NCBI GenBank assembly: GCA_009103225.1
Contig: RHPI01000260.1
Location: 196,203-260,202, forward strand
From: Chlorokybus atmophyticus
Lineage: Eukaryota; Plantae; Mesostigma and Chlorokybus algae
Direction: 5' to 3'
DNA: 64,000 bases
Both the position numbers and the translations under genes were made by a program. Positions 27,693 to 39,367 of this stretch are shown piece by piece. The notes beneath the pieces were generated by a model. The model was not told the origin of the DNA. It searched no databases and saw only the letters and a list, made by a program, of their open reading frames with translations. Numbering within the stretch: the stretch's first letter is position 1; every line of letters begins with the position of its first letter.

Positions 27693-29143
27693 TGCCAGGC
27701 TGAAGGGGTGATGCCACTCTCGCGTCAATAGTTCGCAATGGTGAGTGCGGTGAGTTTTTCGTATGCCTCGCGACACTATGTGATTGCCTCTTTCATTTGC
27801 ACCTTAACTTTGCGAAAGTTGGTGCTGAGGTCGGCATCGTACTGCTGCAACAAGCTTGCGCTTGTAGTTGTCACAAACAAAGTGAGAAAGCGTAACAATC
27901 TGTGAAGGAACAAGGGGGGTCCGCCCCCCCNACACATGCTGGTGCGCCCCCCCACAAATTGTTTTACAAGTTTACTAAATTAGCACCCCCCTAATCACCA
28001 TGCGCAACGCAGCAACAGCAATAATGCCTGCATCCAAAGGTTGAACTTTGCTGGTTGTGTTGGGAGGCAAAAACAGACATTACACCGTGTCCACCTACAG
28101 CGTCTTGAACCCTTTCTCCTATCCGGTGATCCATACTTGCAGGCGTGGGTGGAAGAGTTGTCCAGCAGCAACCAGACTTTGCGCTTCTGCAACTTCATCC
28201 GAAAGGCGAAGCAGAGCCAGCGGCTGAAAATCTGCATGACACAACAACATGAGTGTCACGCGGACTTACAACAACACATGGCTGGAACTTGCAATGACAT
28301 GAACAAAAACTGTGCAATGCTTATAAACATCTTACCTCCGCGTTTATACAAGCTTTCTTGTTGTTCTCATACTCCACACCGATACGTATGGGAGTCCATG
28401 TGCTGCAAAAAGACTTCGATCGCTTGGATGTGCCAATGAGAAGAAGCGGAAACTTCTCGGAGCCATCCGCATTCACACACGACGCCATTGTAAATCTATC
28501 CTTCTCTTTCTTCCCCCCTAGAATCTTCATTTGCAGCGACCAATGTGCGGCGTGGGCGAGCATGGTAGAAAATGCCACTCTCATCCATGTTTACGGTGTT
28601 GATAGCACTGTACTCTTCAAGTATCTCTTGCAAGTCCGCTCGAGCCATGTCAACTCCATCTTCATCTGCATCATCAACTTCACCGTGCAGTGCTTAGGCG
28701 GAGATGTCATGACGTTTCATAAACCGATTCACCCACCCATGCGATGCATTGAAGTCTTCTATAGTCAACTTGCTAGCAACGTCTAGAGCCTATTCCAACA
28801 GTATTGTGTCTGTGACAGTGAGGTTGCGAGCCCGAGCTTGAATCAACCATGCATACAAGGCCTGCTCGAACTTGGGATGTGCAGCAAGCCACATGCGCCT
28901 GGTACTTGCAGCAAAATTACCACCTTAGGCTCGCGTGTCCACTATCTTACTACGGGTGTTTAGTAACTTGAACAATGCACTCTGTTTAATGTACAACTTT
29001 AACTTTAACTCAATTTTGATGCTAAAAATGAAGTCCGCTTGCCTAACATTGGTAGTCTCACACAACTCATCATACAACTCTAGAATGCGCTTTTAATCCT
29101 TGCGTGTGATGTTGGAGCGCTTAACGGGCTGTGGTGCGGACAT
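27693..29143 (-). pseudogene. Tigger-like transposase, N-terminal piece (CENP-B HTH + DDE_1), disrupted
   Basis: ATG at 29143. Motifs HPKFEQALYAWL, ASHGWVNRFMKRH, NMDESG, KKEKDRFTMASCVNADGSEKFPLLLIG, LLLDNSSTH, FLPPNTTSKVQPLDAGII and EAI*C.EA.EKLTALTIANY*RESGI, with multiple stops and frameshifts. Confidence 0.85.
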
Positions 29144-29733
29144 GATGACCTACAAGACGCACGCGTTGTCCTTTATATACACGAACAATTACAACCATGC
29201 ACAAACACACGCGCATGTGCATAATGCACACACCTTAGCCGAAACCCTTCAGCGCTTGAACAGCCGTTCTCCAGCACGAAGACATCCAATGCTACCCATC
29301 TGGGCCTACACCTATTGCCGCCACCGCCGCCGCCGCCTTCCCGCGACTACATGGCTAACCAGTGTCCTCTGAAACTGTGGGGTTGCGGCTTAAGCAAAGA
29401 AGCACTTGCATCAGCTCAAACGCACAAGCAAGTGCTGGCTTTTGCCCTTGTGCACAGCACCGCTGCCCCGATAAGAGCATATGACCACCGGGTTTTTCAT
29501 GCGGCAACCTTAGTCTTATTACGTACAAGACTATTCCACTAACCGAAGACATTTGCCTGTTGGAGGATCGGTCTTTTACAGTCCGATGATCTTAACGGGG
29601 TTATTCTCTTAAACCGAAGTCTTTTGATGAGGGTAGACTGCATGTATGTGCATGCACCGGCTGCCAAACTCATGTACCAGCATCAGTGGCCACAGGCAGC
29701 CGGAGCCGGCAGTTTTGCCCCACGGAGTCACAG

Positions 29734-31522
29734 ATGGCGGCAATTCGTAGCTTGGTGGCAGTCCCGGCGGGCAAGGCGGCATGCAGTGTCTTATTGCCGG
29801 CACGAGTGCCTAAGGCGACGCCGAGGAGTGAAGGTGTGTATGTGGATGCGGCAGTGTGCGCTTGTGTGTGCCCACATGTGTGTTCGTGCCTGCCATGCCC
29901 TGCTACTCGACCAGCATTTGGTTTATATGGGTGCACATGTATATCTGGTGTGTTTGCTGGTGTGTGCTACTTTGTTGAGTATGCACACGTGAAGAGGGAA
30001 TTTGTGTGTGTTTGTGTGTATTGACTATGCTGAATTTGTACACGTGAAAATTTGCACTAGAATTGAGCGTTTCCTTTTTGCTCCAGACCCTTTGTGTGCG
30101 TGGTTGTGCAGATGGCTGCTCTGAACGCCTCTCAGCGCCTAGCCACCGGCTGGGACGATCCTCGATACCTGCTGGGCACGTTAGAGTCGCATGTTTCCAG
30201 GCAATCCCTTCATTCTCAGCAGGTGCGTTGCGGTTTCTGTGCAGCAGTAGTTGTCAGAAGCGCTGATGTGTTGTCGTGGCATGGTACAAACTCTGTGTGC
30301 AGGCGCAAAGAAGGCTGTCTCAGTACGTAGGTCGGCGGGCTTTTCACAAAAGGCTTCTCAGGCTGCCTCGTTGACGGCAGTTTCTATGTCCATAGTGTCC
30401 CTTGCCTCGGTGGACGATGGTGGAGTAAGGTTAGGACTCCAGGTGTATGTGTGTTGTATGCATGCAGTCTGCCCAGGCTATCTGCACCCTTTTTGCAGCA
30501 GGCGCGCTGTCCAGTATCAGAATATTGCCCTCTCTATTCCACTTGCGGATCAAGACCCAGCCGACTGGAGGCGCTACAGCTTTTCGTCTATCTCTCAACG
30601 CGCAGTACGTTCTCCAGTCGCTGCCTTGCGTACGATTGTATATCATGCAGTTGATTCATGTCCCTCAACGTGCAGTTTGAAAAGGTTGTGGCATTGAACG
30701 GTGGATTTGGCTTTGCTGAGATGGATGCCTACTTGGAGGGGGGAGATTTTGACTGCAAGGTGGAGGTGCCAATACAAGATAATGGTCGGTATGTCCTGCT
30801 CACCGGCATTACCCCCCTTCATGCTACGGTACGAATGCTCGGCGGGTATGTTTGTTTGTACAACGTTTAGTTGGACGAATGTTCTCTTTGCATACAGGTG
30901 AAGGGTCATGAAGGTTTTGTTCAACGGGCCGCAGTACAGCAAGAAAACCAATGCGCAGAGCACGGTATCCCCTGGCTACGTGATCATGGATACACCAATC
31001 CGCATCGTTTGTGCCAGAAAATCTTTAAGAGTGAAGATGGAATGGTATGTCACCCAAATTTGCTGAAGCCATTACTTGTAAGTAATTGTTTCTTTTGTAG
31101 TTGAAGTGCGAGATCGACGGAGTTGACCTGGCCGACGGTGTGGCGGTGCTGATAGAAGCAAAGCATCTATTGGAGGCCGATGATGCGAGCAAGTTCCTCG
31201 TCAAATATGTGAACATTCTGTAAGTTCTGATATGGTGCTACTGCTTTTGCTTGTTCGCTGTGTGTTTATACTTGTCTATTACAGGATTATGTTGGAAGAC
31301 AATGCACCGTCAGTCAAGCAGCTGCAAGGCCGCCGTCTGTTGCTGGTTCTATGCGGCGACTGCATCACCGATAATGTTCTGAACCGCAGAGCACTGTTCA
31401 CTCTGTGTCGCCTACATAACATGGAAATATGGCTCCCCAATGGAACTGGATACTCCTCGGGGGATGGCTGTAATGAAACTCCCTTCCGGCATCCTCCTGC
31501 ATCTACGCAGTGTGAGTACTAG
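29734..31522 (+). CDS. PD-(D/E)XK restriction-endonuclease-fold protein with Ala/Ser/Arg-rich N-terminal extension (8 exons)
   Basis: Phase-consistent exons give MAAIRSLVAVPAGKAACS...; ...WRRYSFSSISQ..FEKVVALNGGFGF...; VQQENQCAEHGIPWLRDHGY; LKCEIDGVDLADGVAVLIEAKHLL; RRLLLVLCGD...EIWLPNGTGYS...TAG at 31520-31522. The E...EIDG...IEAK spacing is that of the PD-(D/E)XK catalytic core. Confidence 0.7.
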
Positions 31523-32811
31523 GAAGCTATCCGATCAGCAAACCTCAATCACACTGTACCAATCAAGTTGCTAGTAAGGTTGTTTCTGTCGGAATGAAAT
31601 AGTAAGGTTGTGCATGTACATGCATCACTCACGACACAATGGTTAGCTTATGCATGTAATACGCACTGGCTAAATTACAACGGTTTTATGCAGGATTGGT
31701 ATTGGCTTTGACATGTTCCGCTCTTGTCCAACTGGTTGTGCATGGATGGCCGAAGTTGTGTTCAGCCCTGGAAGTTGTCCGCCACTGTGCGTATTGTCCT
31801 CTTTGTGTAGTGTCGTTGATGCCTGTGTGACATGGGTTATGTACATAGCCACGTATCGGTGTACAGTGTAGGTATATGTGACAGTGGGTAGGTTGTATGT
31901 TGTACTTGTCAGTTGTGAGTACTGTCTTGTTGTCATAAGCGGATTTGTTTTCTAATGCAATGTTGCTGTTAGTGCCAAGCCTCTTCTTTAACATTCGCAT
32001 GTGTGCACATCGTACAGTACAACATGACCACATACATTCTAAGTACAGCTGGTACTTGAAAGGCAAATGCCAGTTGCAGTCAATCCAACTTGAAACTTGC
32101 CAACATGCGTGTGCGTAAACAACCCAACTACTTGTTCTTTCTAAAGCTTCGTGTTTCATTTGCAATTGCTTATCGTATGTGGGCGTGGTGTGCACTCGGC
32201 TGGTATGCTTCCGGCCTCTCGTACAGCTCCTATGCCGAGTCCTCAATGCGATATCAGCCGAAGCTGAACGTGTGTATGATCAAATGCGTTGCAAACACTC
32301 AGCTTCCTTTCACAGCAGCAGACTGTGCCGACCACTGTGAACAGCAGAAAGTTTTATTAGCATGGTTGACATGCTGTTGTGTATTGGTTATGTGTTACAC
32401 CTATGCATGTCCTTATCACCATTGCATTCTTTGTACACAGCACACACATGCTTGTAACCCTGCGCTATGAAATGAACACTACCACTACTGATATAGATGT
32501 ACAAGTGTAGTCACACAATGACCAGTGAGACAAGGCAAAACCATACTCGTCAAACACTAATATTTCAACGAAAGCACGTGGCAAACAGTCCGCGACCATA
32601 TCTGCCAACACTACACACACAACATCAAGGCAGTCACAACGTCAGGCAGCAATGCGTAACCAAACGCTACTCCTGCCAAAAACATACACCAACTAGCTTG
32701 GGAGTCTATCCCGGCTGCTGACGCACACTGCTCATCACTGCCCCGTGACCACTATCCTCATCCCCTGCCGAGCCGCGTTGTCCTTGCTGCTGCTGCGGCT
32801 TCATCTCCATC

Positions 32812-33135
32812 TCAAGCTCGCTCCAGCCACATAGCCGCATCCTCATCCCCACCCTCATCCTGCTCCACGTGACGGGCGGGTTTTTCGTCTCGAGGTGGCA
32901 GGGTGATAGGTTCATTGAAGGGGTAGTGTGCGGCGACCTGCGCCTCCTTCCCTCCCTCGCGCACGGCCTGCATCATCTGCTCCTCGTTCTGCAACATGGT
33001 AGTAATGTTATGTGTACTGTATGCGCACATGCACGACACATGCTGGTGCGTGCGCACACTTGCCTGGAGGTAGCTGAGCTTGTGTGCGGCGCACAGGGTT
33101 AGGCGCAGGGCCACAGTTTCCTCCTCAAGCGCCCG
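32812..33135 (-). CDS. Possible spliced exons of an unknown gene
   Basis: EETVALRLTLCAAHKLSYLQ|gcaagt...ttgcag|NEEQMMQAVREGGKEAQ...WLERA* joins in phase through a GC-AG intron. No recognisable homology. Confidence 0.3.
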   Translation of the reverse strand, partial: RALEEETVALRLTLCAAHKLSYLQASVRTHQHVSCMCAYSTHNITTMLQNEEQMMQAVREGGKEAQVAAHYPFNEPITLPPRDEKPARHVEQDEGGDEDAAMWLERA

Positions 33136-35520
33136 CACAGCGTGCAAGTCAACAATTACAATTCACACTCGCGCTCACCTGTGCTTGCTTTGTACAACAG
33201 GTGTGCATGCGTGGAGCAACCAGCAAGCCCATGCACGTGGTTGTAGTTAGACACCCCACCGGTTAGTGGTTGGTTCAGCCCGGTAGCAATGGGGCATTCA
33301 TCACTGATCCTCAGCAGCAACCTAAACTGAGTGACCATGCAATAATCCTATTGTATACTACCCTCTATAATTCTCACACTTGCGTTCACCATCTAGCTCA
33401 CCTTACTCCGCGATGCCAAACACAACACACATCCCAACCAGACCAAAACAACAACGCAGGCTGACAATGAGCACAGCACCCACGACAGCTGCCAAGCCGT
33501 TTCCGCATCACATGGTCGTCACCATATATGGCACAGACGCATCACAGTGCGAATAGCGAGACACAAGGAGTAGATTGCACACAGCCTTCGGGAGACAACG
33601 CTCTTCGCCGCACTCAGTCACCTGCTGTTAACGTGACGCCGTTCAACCCAGTCACACCAAGGAGGAGGCACAGCACGTCCTCCTACAGCAATTCCTCACC
33701 AATAGCTGCCGCCGCCGCTGTTGCGGTAGGCTAGGTAGTGTGTTAAAATCCCCCCTCTACCCTCAAAGTCTCGAGAGGTAGCAGGAATTGTAACAAATAG
33801 ATGCTTTTACTATAATTATGTGATCACAACTATACCATGTGCATGCTTATAGCAACATCATCAACATCACTATACACAGCAACACACACAGTGCGTATGT
33901 CAACTAGCAGCGCTACATTGTATAATGATAATGTGTGCAACAACTACTGTTTTGTCACGCCTGCTTATATACTGCTAAGTCAATCTCGATCGTCAGATCT
34001 AGTCTGATCTATTGTATTGCAATAACACACGTGTCACATATTAGGCAAACCAAGTGCAGCTCACGTGCCATTGCGATGCGTACGATAAGCTGTACTCGCA
34101 AACTTGTCGTACCTATCTTATAACGATACATGATCGTCACATATCATCAACTATAAGATAATCTAGTAGCGAATCGTTACAGAATTGTCTTCACCGCCCG
34201 CGAAAACCGCACTTTAAGGCCAGTAGCAGCGACGAGCACACTTGGGCGGCGGTAGTGGTGTTGTCAAGTGCTTTTCCCATATTTAAGGTTTTCACCTTGA
34301 TATTGGATTTTATGACCTTCATTGGTCAATTACATGCCAAGCTCCATTGGTTCCTCGCTCTATACTTAGTAAGACTCTTTTACAAGTCTTATTCAAGTTA
34401 TGAGTCCCAACGGGTAATATCCACGACTCTTACCCTATTTAGTGGGTACCAACCAGACTGGTCAAAGCTATGGCTGATAGTGACTGGTGGGACGTCGGTT
34501 CTTTACCACGACAGTCACGCCGGCAGCGTGGGTTGGGTCGTTGGCGTGGGAGCTGGGGTAGAGGACTTAAGGGGGAGTTGGCTATCTCCCTTAACAGGTG
34601 TGCTCGCTGGTTGTGATGCGCCGCGAGGGATTAACGTCGTGGTAGTGGTAGTGGTAGTGGTAGTGGAGGTGGAGGTGGAGGTGAGGGGCGGCACATGGGT
34701 TTGCTGATGTTTCGCCAGTCTGAAACTCTTGCCACCGCCGCGTCCAAGTCCGCAGAAGGCGGGTCTGTGCTAAGTTGTCGTCTGACAAGAGCAAGGGGTA
34801 AGGGCAAAGAAAGCAGCCCGGAGGACGCCGCGCTGGCACTGCTGCTCAAAGCCACCGCGACCAAACACACGCCAGCGCAACCGCACACAGAGGAGACAGC
34901 ACGAAAAGCGAATAAATACTCGAGATGATGGTGCATGCTGAGGCCGCTTGGATGCTGAAGACATTGTTATTGTTATATCAACGAGAGTTCAGCAATGTCA
35001 TGTCATCGCTGCTTCATGTGTTGTTGACGTTGGTAGCCGCGGAGTTTTGGTGGATCGGTTGCACACCTTTACCCAATGTTTGCCTGTGTGACCGCAACAG
35101 GATACCGTCATCACACATGACACCAACATGCCTATATGCCGCAACCATGTTTATGTTGTCACGATCATCACATCTGTTCATGGAAATCGTCCATCGTGCG
35201 CACGCTGTGTGCTTCACCATTAAACTCAGTGCATGCTTAACGGTTGCTTGGCTGTAAAGTGCATCATCGCCACAGGCATCAACAGCAGCACACTTGCTGC
35301 TGTTTATGCGTGTGATGGATGTTGCGGCATCATTGCAAAGATGTGCGTATGTACGCACACATATCTCTCGTATCACCGTACATACGACAACCAGCATTGC
35401 GATGTGATGCATGCACATGCGGAAAGGAGAATTTGTATGATGCGTGCAGGCGTCTCTATGTGCACAAAGCCGCATGTGTGCAAGAGACACGCACATATGC
35501 ACAAACAGTCAGGAAGACGC

Positions 35521-36107
35521 CCAGCCATTCTTTCTACAACAACATGCTTAAACCAGTACCAACTTTCAGGCAAAGCACAAGTACAATCACATGCAGCTGC
35601 ATGGCCCACCTGCTCAGAGACGTCCTGTAAGAGCCCGCCGACCAGCTCGCCGGCATAAGGCAGGACCTCCAGGGCAGTACGCTCATTACGGAACGTCCGC
35701 ATGATCTCCTCGCCTGCACTGCTAGCAGCAGCATTGTCGTCCATCACACTCCGTTTGGACCTGGCTTGGCGTGGCCAGGCCAAACGGAGCACACGGTAAC
35801 GGCCAAGCTTCAGTGTCATATGAGAAGCAAATTGGCGGTAAAGCTTGGGGTTGACTGATCCAGTAAGCTGCACGGTATCGTTACCCGTCATTTCATGTTC
35901 ACATCATGTGAATCACATGCAAGAAATATGTTATGCACAAACTCACGCCGATAGCGTAAGCGCATTGCGTCAAGCCATGCACGGTTTACACCCCCACAAA
36001 GCAATTGGATACCGGTTATTCATCAGGCCATGTGAGCCATGTTCGGCTAGAGTTGACGGTGTGGCGCCACTCATGTCTTGCAAGTTGCAATTCGCGGCGG
36101 TACAGTC
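35521..36107 (-). pseudogene. Partial duplicate of SLD5 (upstream region + exon 1 + intron 1 + start of exon 2)
   Basis: Colinear with ~13370-13965. Exon 1 copy 35744-35610 reads MDDNAAASSAGEEIMRTFRNERTALEVLPYAGELVGGLLQDVSEQ (10 of 45 aa differ). Splice sites are retained. Confidence 0.85.
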
Positions 36108-36119
36108 TGTAACCATTTA

Positions 36120-36290
36120 CAGTCTAACCTCGATAAGTGCATACCATCGGGAACACCTCTTTCTGTGCACTTATCGCGGATATGCACTTACACTGCCTTA
36201 TACTACCAACTGAGTGCATTTGTGTCGGGCAAAACCATGCACTTGTCGTGAATATGCACTTATCAAATATGCATTTATCGAGGTAGACTA
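36120..36290. mobile_element. 171-bp Tigger-type MITE
   Basis: TA|CAGTCTAACCTCGATAAGTGCATA...TATGCATTTATCGAGGTAGACTA|TA, with ~24-bp imperfect TIRs and internal ATGCACTTA repeats. Confidence 0.8.
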
Positions 36291-37017
36291 TACCGGGAAG
36301 GTTAGCAGTCGTACTACGAGTTGTTTGACATGACTTATAAGTTATAACGTACCGCCACAATCAATCCGACCTTTTTCAGATTGTCGAGTTGGTTTTGCTT
36401 TCGACAGGCAGGCGCAAAGTCGTTTAGTCCAGGTTTTCGACTAATTGGTCATACAATGGTCATCTTAGCCCTGCGGAAGGCCTCTACCGGCCTTCTACAA
36501 GCCGTCCACGGTTTTACCCATTTTCAACATCGTAAGTTTTATTGCAAGCATCCGATCCACTGATACTGGCCTTCATTACAAATGCGGACAATAAATTTTG
36601 AGTTCTTTTTTTGTCGGATGATCCCTGGCAGTACGGTACCTACCTGTAAGTTAGGCCTAAAGTACTGGTCTGCTCCTGACCGCGGTGAACGGATAACCAC
36701 AATTCAAGGTTAGGCCAGAGTCTAGTGTTCTACAGTAGACCGGGAAAAGGCGCCACGTACCACGTGTTTGTCGTTTGGCTGACTCGCGTGCGATGTGTAA
36801 CGCGTCGCTACACGGTCACGCCAGATTAGAGCGTGACATTCAAGGGGTAAGTGTGACGCTGCGCTCCCTCACATGACACGGTAGCGGGACAATGCTGCAG
36901 GCGTAGGCGTAGGCGGCGGTGGTGTGGGCGGCGGCGGTGGTGCCGGGTCGGTCGTTGTAGCGTTGTGGGAGGCCGCCCGCCGTGAGTCAGGGAAAGGCGC
37001 AGAGGCGCATTTTCAGC

Positions 37018-39367
37018 ATGAGCTCCGCCGTGGAGCGCCGGCAGGTGGCCTCCGGCAAAGAGAAGGACAAGGACAAGCTGGCCAGCAGCAGGAGCAAGGA
37101 TGACGTGAGTGTGGGCGGCGGAGCAGCAGGCGGAGGCTGTGGCGAGCACACTTGTACCGTCTGTCTCGAGCGCATTGGCGCTTCCCGTGGCATGGCGCAT
37201 CTTATGTGTGGTCATCAGTTCCATCTAGGTCAGCCTACTGTTGCCTTAAACAATGCGTGAATGTTCAACCTCTTCTCCTAGCCAGGCGATGCACATACAC
37301 ATGTTCGGAACAAGAAGCAGCCCTATCTCAGAGAAGTGGCTCTTTGAGACATGATCTCGTTTGTTTGCGTAAGGCAATATCAGCATTACAAGCTGCTTTG
37401 CGTAGTTAGCCAGCCAGGCGTTGAGCATAGCATGGTGCAACACACATAGTTGGCGTCAAACCATGTGCAGAGCATCACGCTGGCAAATCAGATCCATCCT
37501 TTATTAGAGCCAGTGCAGAAAGCGTGTTGTTGTGAAAGTACCGCCTGATGTTTGAGGTTAACAAGCTAGGGGGCATTGTCCTAGGCTACGTAGCCGACTA
37601 TTGTGTATGACAAGTTGTACTGCTTTATTGCCAAGCATTGCTAACGGTTGTGCGCTGTGGTCTTGCAGACTGCATTGGCTCCGCATTCAACGTGAAAGGC
37701 AGCATGGAGTGTCCAAATTGCAGGCACGTTGAAAATGGCATGTGGCTTTACGGTGTCGGCTCGTTGGGTACGAACATGGATGAGCTGGAGTATGACCAAG
37801 ATTATGAAGAAGAGACTTTTGCTGCTGATGACGACGGCGACTTTCCTGTGTCTGCTGGGGCTGCTTCACCTCCAACAACATCAGACTTCTGGTTAGTTGT
37901 AATTTTAAACTCTCAGCAGATTACTGTCGGTGTCGCTTTATGCAACTCAGCTAGCTCGGTAGCGAGAGATTCAACACGTCATTGCACCTATGTTGTTGCT
38001 GTGCAGGTGTGAACAGTGCTTGACGGAGGACGAGCGCTGCTGCGCGTGTATGTGTGTTGCGGGGTACAGCATGCACACACGATCAGCAGATAACGAAGGC
38101 AACAGCAGTGCAAATGAGGACGAGGATGATGAGATGATGCGCGCGTACCACGAGGCTTACAGCGGCATGCACGGTGCAGCATATGGCGAGAATGCCTTCA
38201 GGACGCCACCCCGCACATACCATGGCGCCGCTGCCGGTCCGAGCAGCATGCACGAACAGCTGCACCAGCGAAGAAGCTTGTTTAATGCTCCAATGCCGTG
38301 GGGGCCGTTTGCTCCTATGCCTAATGCAGCTTGCGCTTGGAGCCAGGACTTTCGGGGCTCGTGGGAGCCCGGGGAATATCTGCAGCCTTGGGCCACTGGA
38401 GTTCCAGCCCCTCAACACATGGAGGGACCCTCTTCATCTCACCCTTACATGCCGCATGCTCGGTAGGTTGGTCTGCAGTTCTTGTGGTCCAGGTGCGCAG
38501 GTCATTACTGGGCGCATCCAGCTGTCGCACACATGGAAAGCCTGCATGCACATGCACTCAACGTGCATGCTCAGTCCATTAGTCGACCTTGCATGTAATG
38601 GCTTTGAGGTCGAACTGACTTGGCATCGTCACCTCAGTGGCTGGCGTGAAGTGAGAGGACAGGTGCCAATGTTCTCCTCATTTCACGCGATGGGGATGTG
38701 CGAAGGTGAGCCAACCACATCAAGACAGCGCCGCTCACTCTCAGGCTCACCTCGCCCTGTCCAACCTACAGCCCACACCAGCTTGCCACCTTTCTCTTCG
38801 CACTATCCATTGTCATATCAAAGAGCAGTGCCTCCTAGCCCGCCAAGTCTGAGTGCGCACATGACTGGCGAGAACCAGTTGCCCAGCACTTCTGTGCGTC
38901 GCAGGCGCCATCGACATCGTGGCCATCACGAGCCAACAGTAGACACTAGCCAGACGCCACCATCATCGCAAGCACGGCGAGCCACGCGCGGTGACGAAGC
39001 ATTGGGTAGGGAGGCAGAAGCACTGGCTGCTGCAGCACAGATTCTTCTGCGGGACCGCTTGCGAACAAGTGGCTCACAGGATCAAGCCCCTGAGTTGACG
39101 GCGAGGCGACATTTGCCTGTCAATCCGCGGCAACGCACCCTGGATGATGTTAGCTATCTGCTGGCGGAGCAGCTGCAGGAAACTTTGGTTCTACCGCCGC
39201 CAGCTTTGGGCCCTCGTATCACATCGTCGACGGAGGGGTATCAGCATCGCTGCCCTTACTGCCATGGAGGTAGTGAGCGTCGCACGCGCCGGTTTGTGGA
39301 CTTTGAGGCGCTAAGGCAACATGTTCTTGCCGTCCATCAAGTTGATCTGCGCAGCGCCGCAACATAA
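37018..39367 (+). CDS. RING-H2 E3 ubiquitin ligase, RFI2/IPI1-like, with a C-terminal C2H2-like finger
   Basis: CTVCLERIGASRGMAHLMCGHQFHL|DCIGSAFNVKGSMECPNCRHVENGMWLY (intron 37229-37668) matches the RFI2/IPI1 RING signature. The last exon ends CPYC...RQHVLAVH...*. Middle exon boundaries are approximate. Confidence 0.78.

Larger units (their letters stand above)
13961..29640 (-). mobile_element. Degenerate Tigger-like (pogo/Tc1-mariner) DNA transposon, ~3 kb of its own sequence, split by nested insertions
   Basis: Left end TA|CAGTCCACCCCCGTTATTAG. Right end reverse-complements to CAGTCTACCCTCATCAAAAG (14/20 match). Both ends share a TAACGGGG...TCTCTT / GTTTAAGAGAATAAC subterminal motif. Removing the two nested copies leaves ~2.98 kb. 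No TA is present at the right end. Confidence 0.75.

Noticed and set aside
34207-34220. ACCGCACTTTAAGG shared with family-X copy 1 (~14787)
   Set aside because: The match does not extend and no CGTCGCAAA terminus is nearby, so it is insufficient to call a third copy.
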